Positions 62,522 through 64,000 of a stretch of 64,000 nucleotides of DNA are shown piece by piece. The notes beneath the pieces are model-generated. The model had not been told where the DNA came from. It searched no databases and saw nothing but the letters and a program-made list of their open reading frames with translations. The DNA is from Azolla caroliniana (Eukaryota; Plantae; Polypodiophyta). The stretch spans positions 16,802,001 through 16,866,000 of the forward strand of contig JBHGNT010000004.1 in assembly GCA_043228905.1 (NCBI GenBank), in the 5' to 3' direction. The position numbers were made by a program, and so were the translations under genes. Numbering within the stretch: position 1 is the first letter of the stretch; each line of letters starts with the position of its first letter.

Positions 62522-64000
62522 ATGATCCCTAGAACAAGAAGAAGAGGAATCCTCCAGCCTCTGAACAGAGTTTTCCATCGTCCAGCTTTTCTTTCAAATC
62601 CTCATGAGCACGAGGCTTCGTTCCTTCAGAATGCGGACCAAGAAAGAACTGTTCTGAATCATCGTTATAAACATCTTCCCTCAGAGTTTGAACAACGCCA
62701 AGTTTTACCCGATTTGCTTAGACAGCAAACTGATCCCGAAGAAGCATATCGCGTTTTCGATCATTTCCGAAAAAATAGTGGTTCTAATAAGCATAATGAC
62801 GGATCTTATAGTGCAATGTTGAGGTACCTTTGTGAAATGAAGCAATTCAGTTTGTTAGAGAAGCTCTTGGAAGAAATGAAAGATGGAAAGCATTCTATCC
62901 GAGCTTCTGATTTCACGTTCTTGCTAAGAGCTATGAGTGAAGAAGGATTAATACATGAAACATTATGTCTTTTTTATCAAATGAATGACTTTGGTTGTCA
63001 ACCAGTCTCTTTCACATACACATGTGTGTTGAGCACTCTTGTTAAAGCTGGGTATGTGGATGAAGCTATGAAAGTATATAACGAAATGCGAGATTCTGGC
63101 GTTTATATAGATAGCATCACAATTGGTATGTATACTAATTTTCTATGCAAAAAAGATAAGGTGAATGAAGCCTTGAAAGTAGTCGAAAATGTAGCAAGAG
63201 ATTCAGGAAGTGTTGATACTCTGACACTTAATGGACTTGTTGGATTTCTATGCAAAACCAGGAGACCTTATGATGCTTCTAGATATGTAGATAAGATGAA
63301 AAGTTTTAAGATATCAGCAGATGTTGTCACATACAACAAACTAATGAGTGGATATTGCAAAATAGCAAAAGTGGACGAAGCAGTGAGACTTCTTGAGAAG
63401 ATGTCAGAGGAGTCCATCGAACCTAATATTGTTACTTTCAATACTTTGCTCGATGGCTTGTCTAAGCAAGTAAAACCTGATGAGTCTTTGATACTCTTTG
63501 AGAATATGTCGGAACGAGATGTGACAACATATAATATCATATTGAATTGTCTTTGCAAAAGTGGGAAGGTAGAAGAAGCGCAAAAACTTGTGTTTCAGAT
63601 GATTGGGGAAGGTTTTATGCCTACAGTTCACACGTATTCAGCTATCATTCATGGTCTTTTCAAGCTGGGAAATGTGAAAGGAGCTTGTGATCTAACACTT
63701 GCTTTGAAAGAAAAGGATGTTGTTCCTGATACAATACTGTATAATGAAGTGATTGATGGACTATGCAAGATAGGAAGGACGGAAGATGCGTATGTTATGC
63801 TGCAAGATATGACAGAAAATGGCCGTTTTCCAGACAAATACACCTTCAGCTCATTTGTTAATGGATTTTGTAAATTAGGTAGAGTCTTTGATGCAATAGA
63901 CTTTATCAATAATGATATGTCAAAGAGTGGTTGTGTTGCAGATATAATAATATGGACTCCTATCCTCGAGGGTCTTTGCAGAGAAGAGAAAGTTGATCAT
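62522..64000 (+). CDS. P-type pentatricopeptide repeat (PPR) protein, 3'-partial
   Basis: Open frame from ATG 62522 off the window end, with tandem ~35-aa motifs such as VTYNKLMSGYCKIAKVDEAVRLLEKM, TTYNIILNCLCKSGKVEEA and ILYNEVIDGLCKIGRTEDA. The Arg-rich N-terminus suggests organelle targeting. Confidence 0.93.
   Translation, partial: MIPRTRRRGILQPLNRVFHRPAFLSNPHEHEASFLQNADQERTVLNHRYKHLPSEFEQRQVLPDLLRQQTDPEEAYRVFDHFRKNSGSNKHNDGSYSAMLRYLCEMKQFSLLEKLLEEMKDGKHSIRASDFTFLLRAMSEEGLIHETLCLFYQMNDFGCQPVSFTYTCVLSTLVKAGYVDEAMKVYNEMRDSGVYIDSITIGMYTNFLCKKDKVNEALKVVENVARDSGSVDTLTLNGLVGFLCKTRRPYDASRYVDKMKSFKISADVVTYNKLMSGYCKIAKVDEAVRLLEKMSEESIEPNIVTFNTLLDGLSKQVKPDESLILFENMSERDVTTYNIILNCLCKSGKVEEAQKLVFQMIGEGFMPTVHTYSAIIHGLFKLGNVKGACDLTLALKEKDVVPDTILYNEVIDGLCKIGRTEDAYVMLQDMTENGRFPDKYTFSSFVNGFCKLGRVFDAIDFINNDMSKSGCVADIIIWTPILEGLCREEKVDH

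Overview
Eukaryotic plant nuclear DNA, probably from a non-seed land plant (inferred from the transposon lineages). There are two host genes: a 16-exon AP-5 complex subunit zeta gene (4011-12238, +) and a P-type PPR gene (62522 to beyond the window end, +). Between them lie a decayed chromodomain Ty3/gypsy element (13654-20015) and a ~41 kb nested stack bracketed by a pair of long inverted repeats (20337 and 61728). The nesting order is copia A > copia B > {gypsy C > [D, E, F]; gypsy G; a LINE}. The most notable signal is a related set of four gypsy elements (C, D, F, G). They use a tRNA-Trp PBS where it survives (C, D, G) and have 4-bp target sites that are all centred on CpG (NCGN). The three pol-bearing copies share a G-GAU-UUU -1 frameshift signal with a pseudoknot, and all four share a covarying hairpin just before the PPT. 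The set includes an intact, very young copy (G) and a pol-less non-autonomous partner carrying a long unexplained ORF (D). Two LINE 3' fragments share a covarying terminal stem-loop and are linked to (TC)n microsatellites. All calls were made by eye; no database searches were run.
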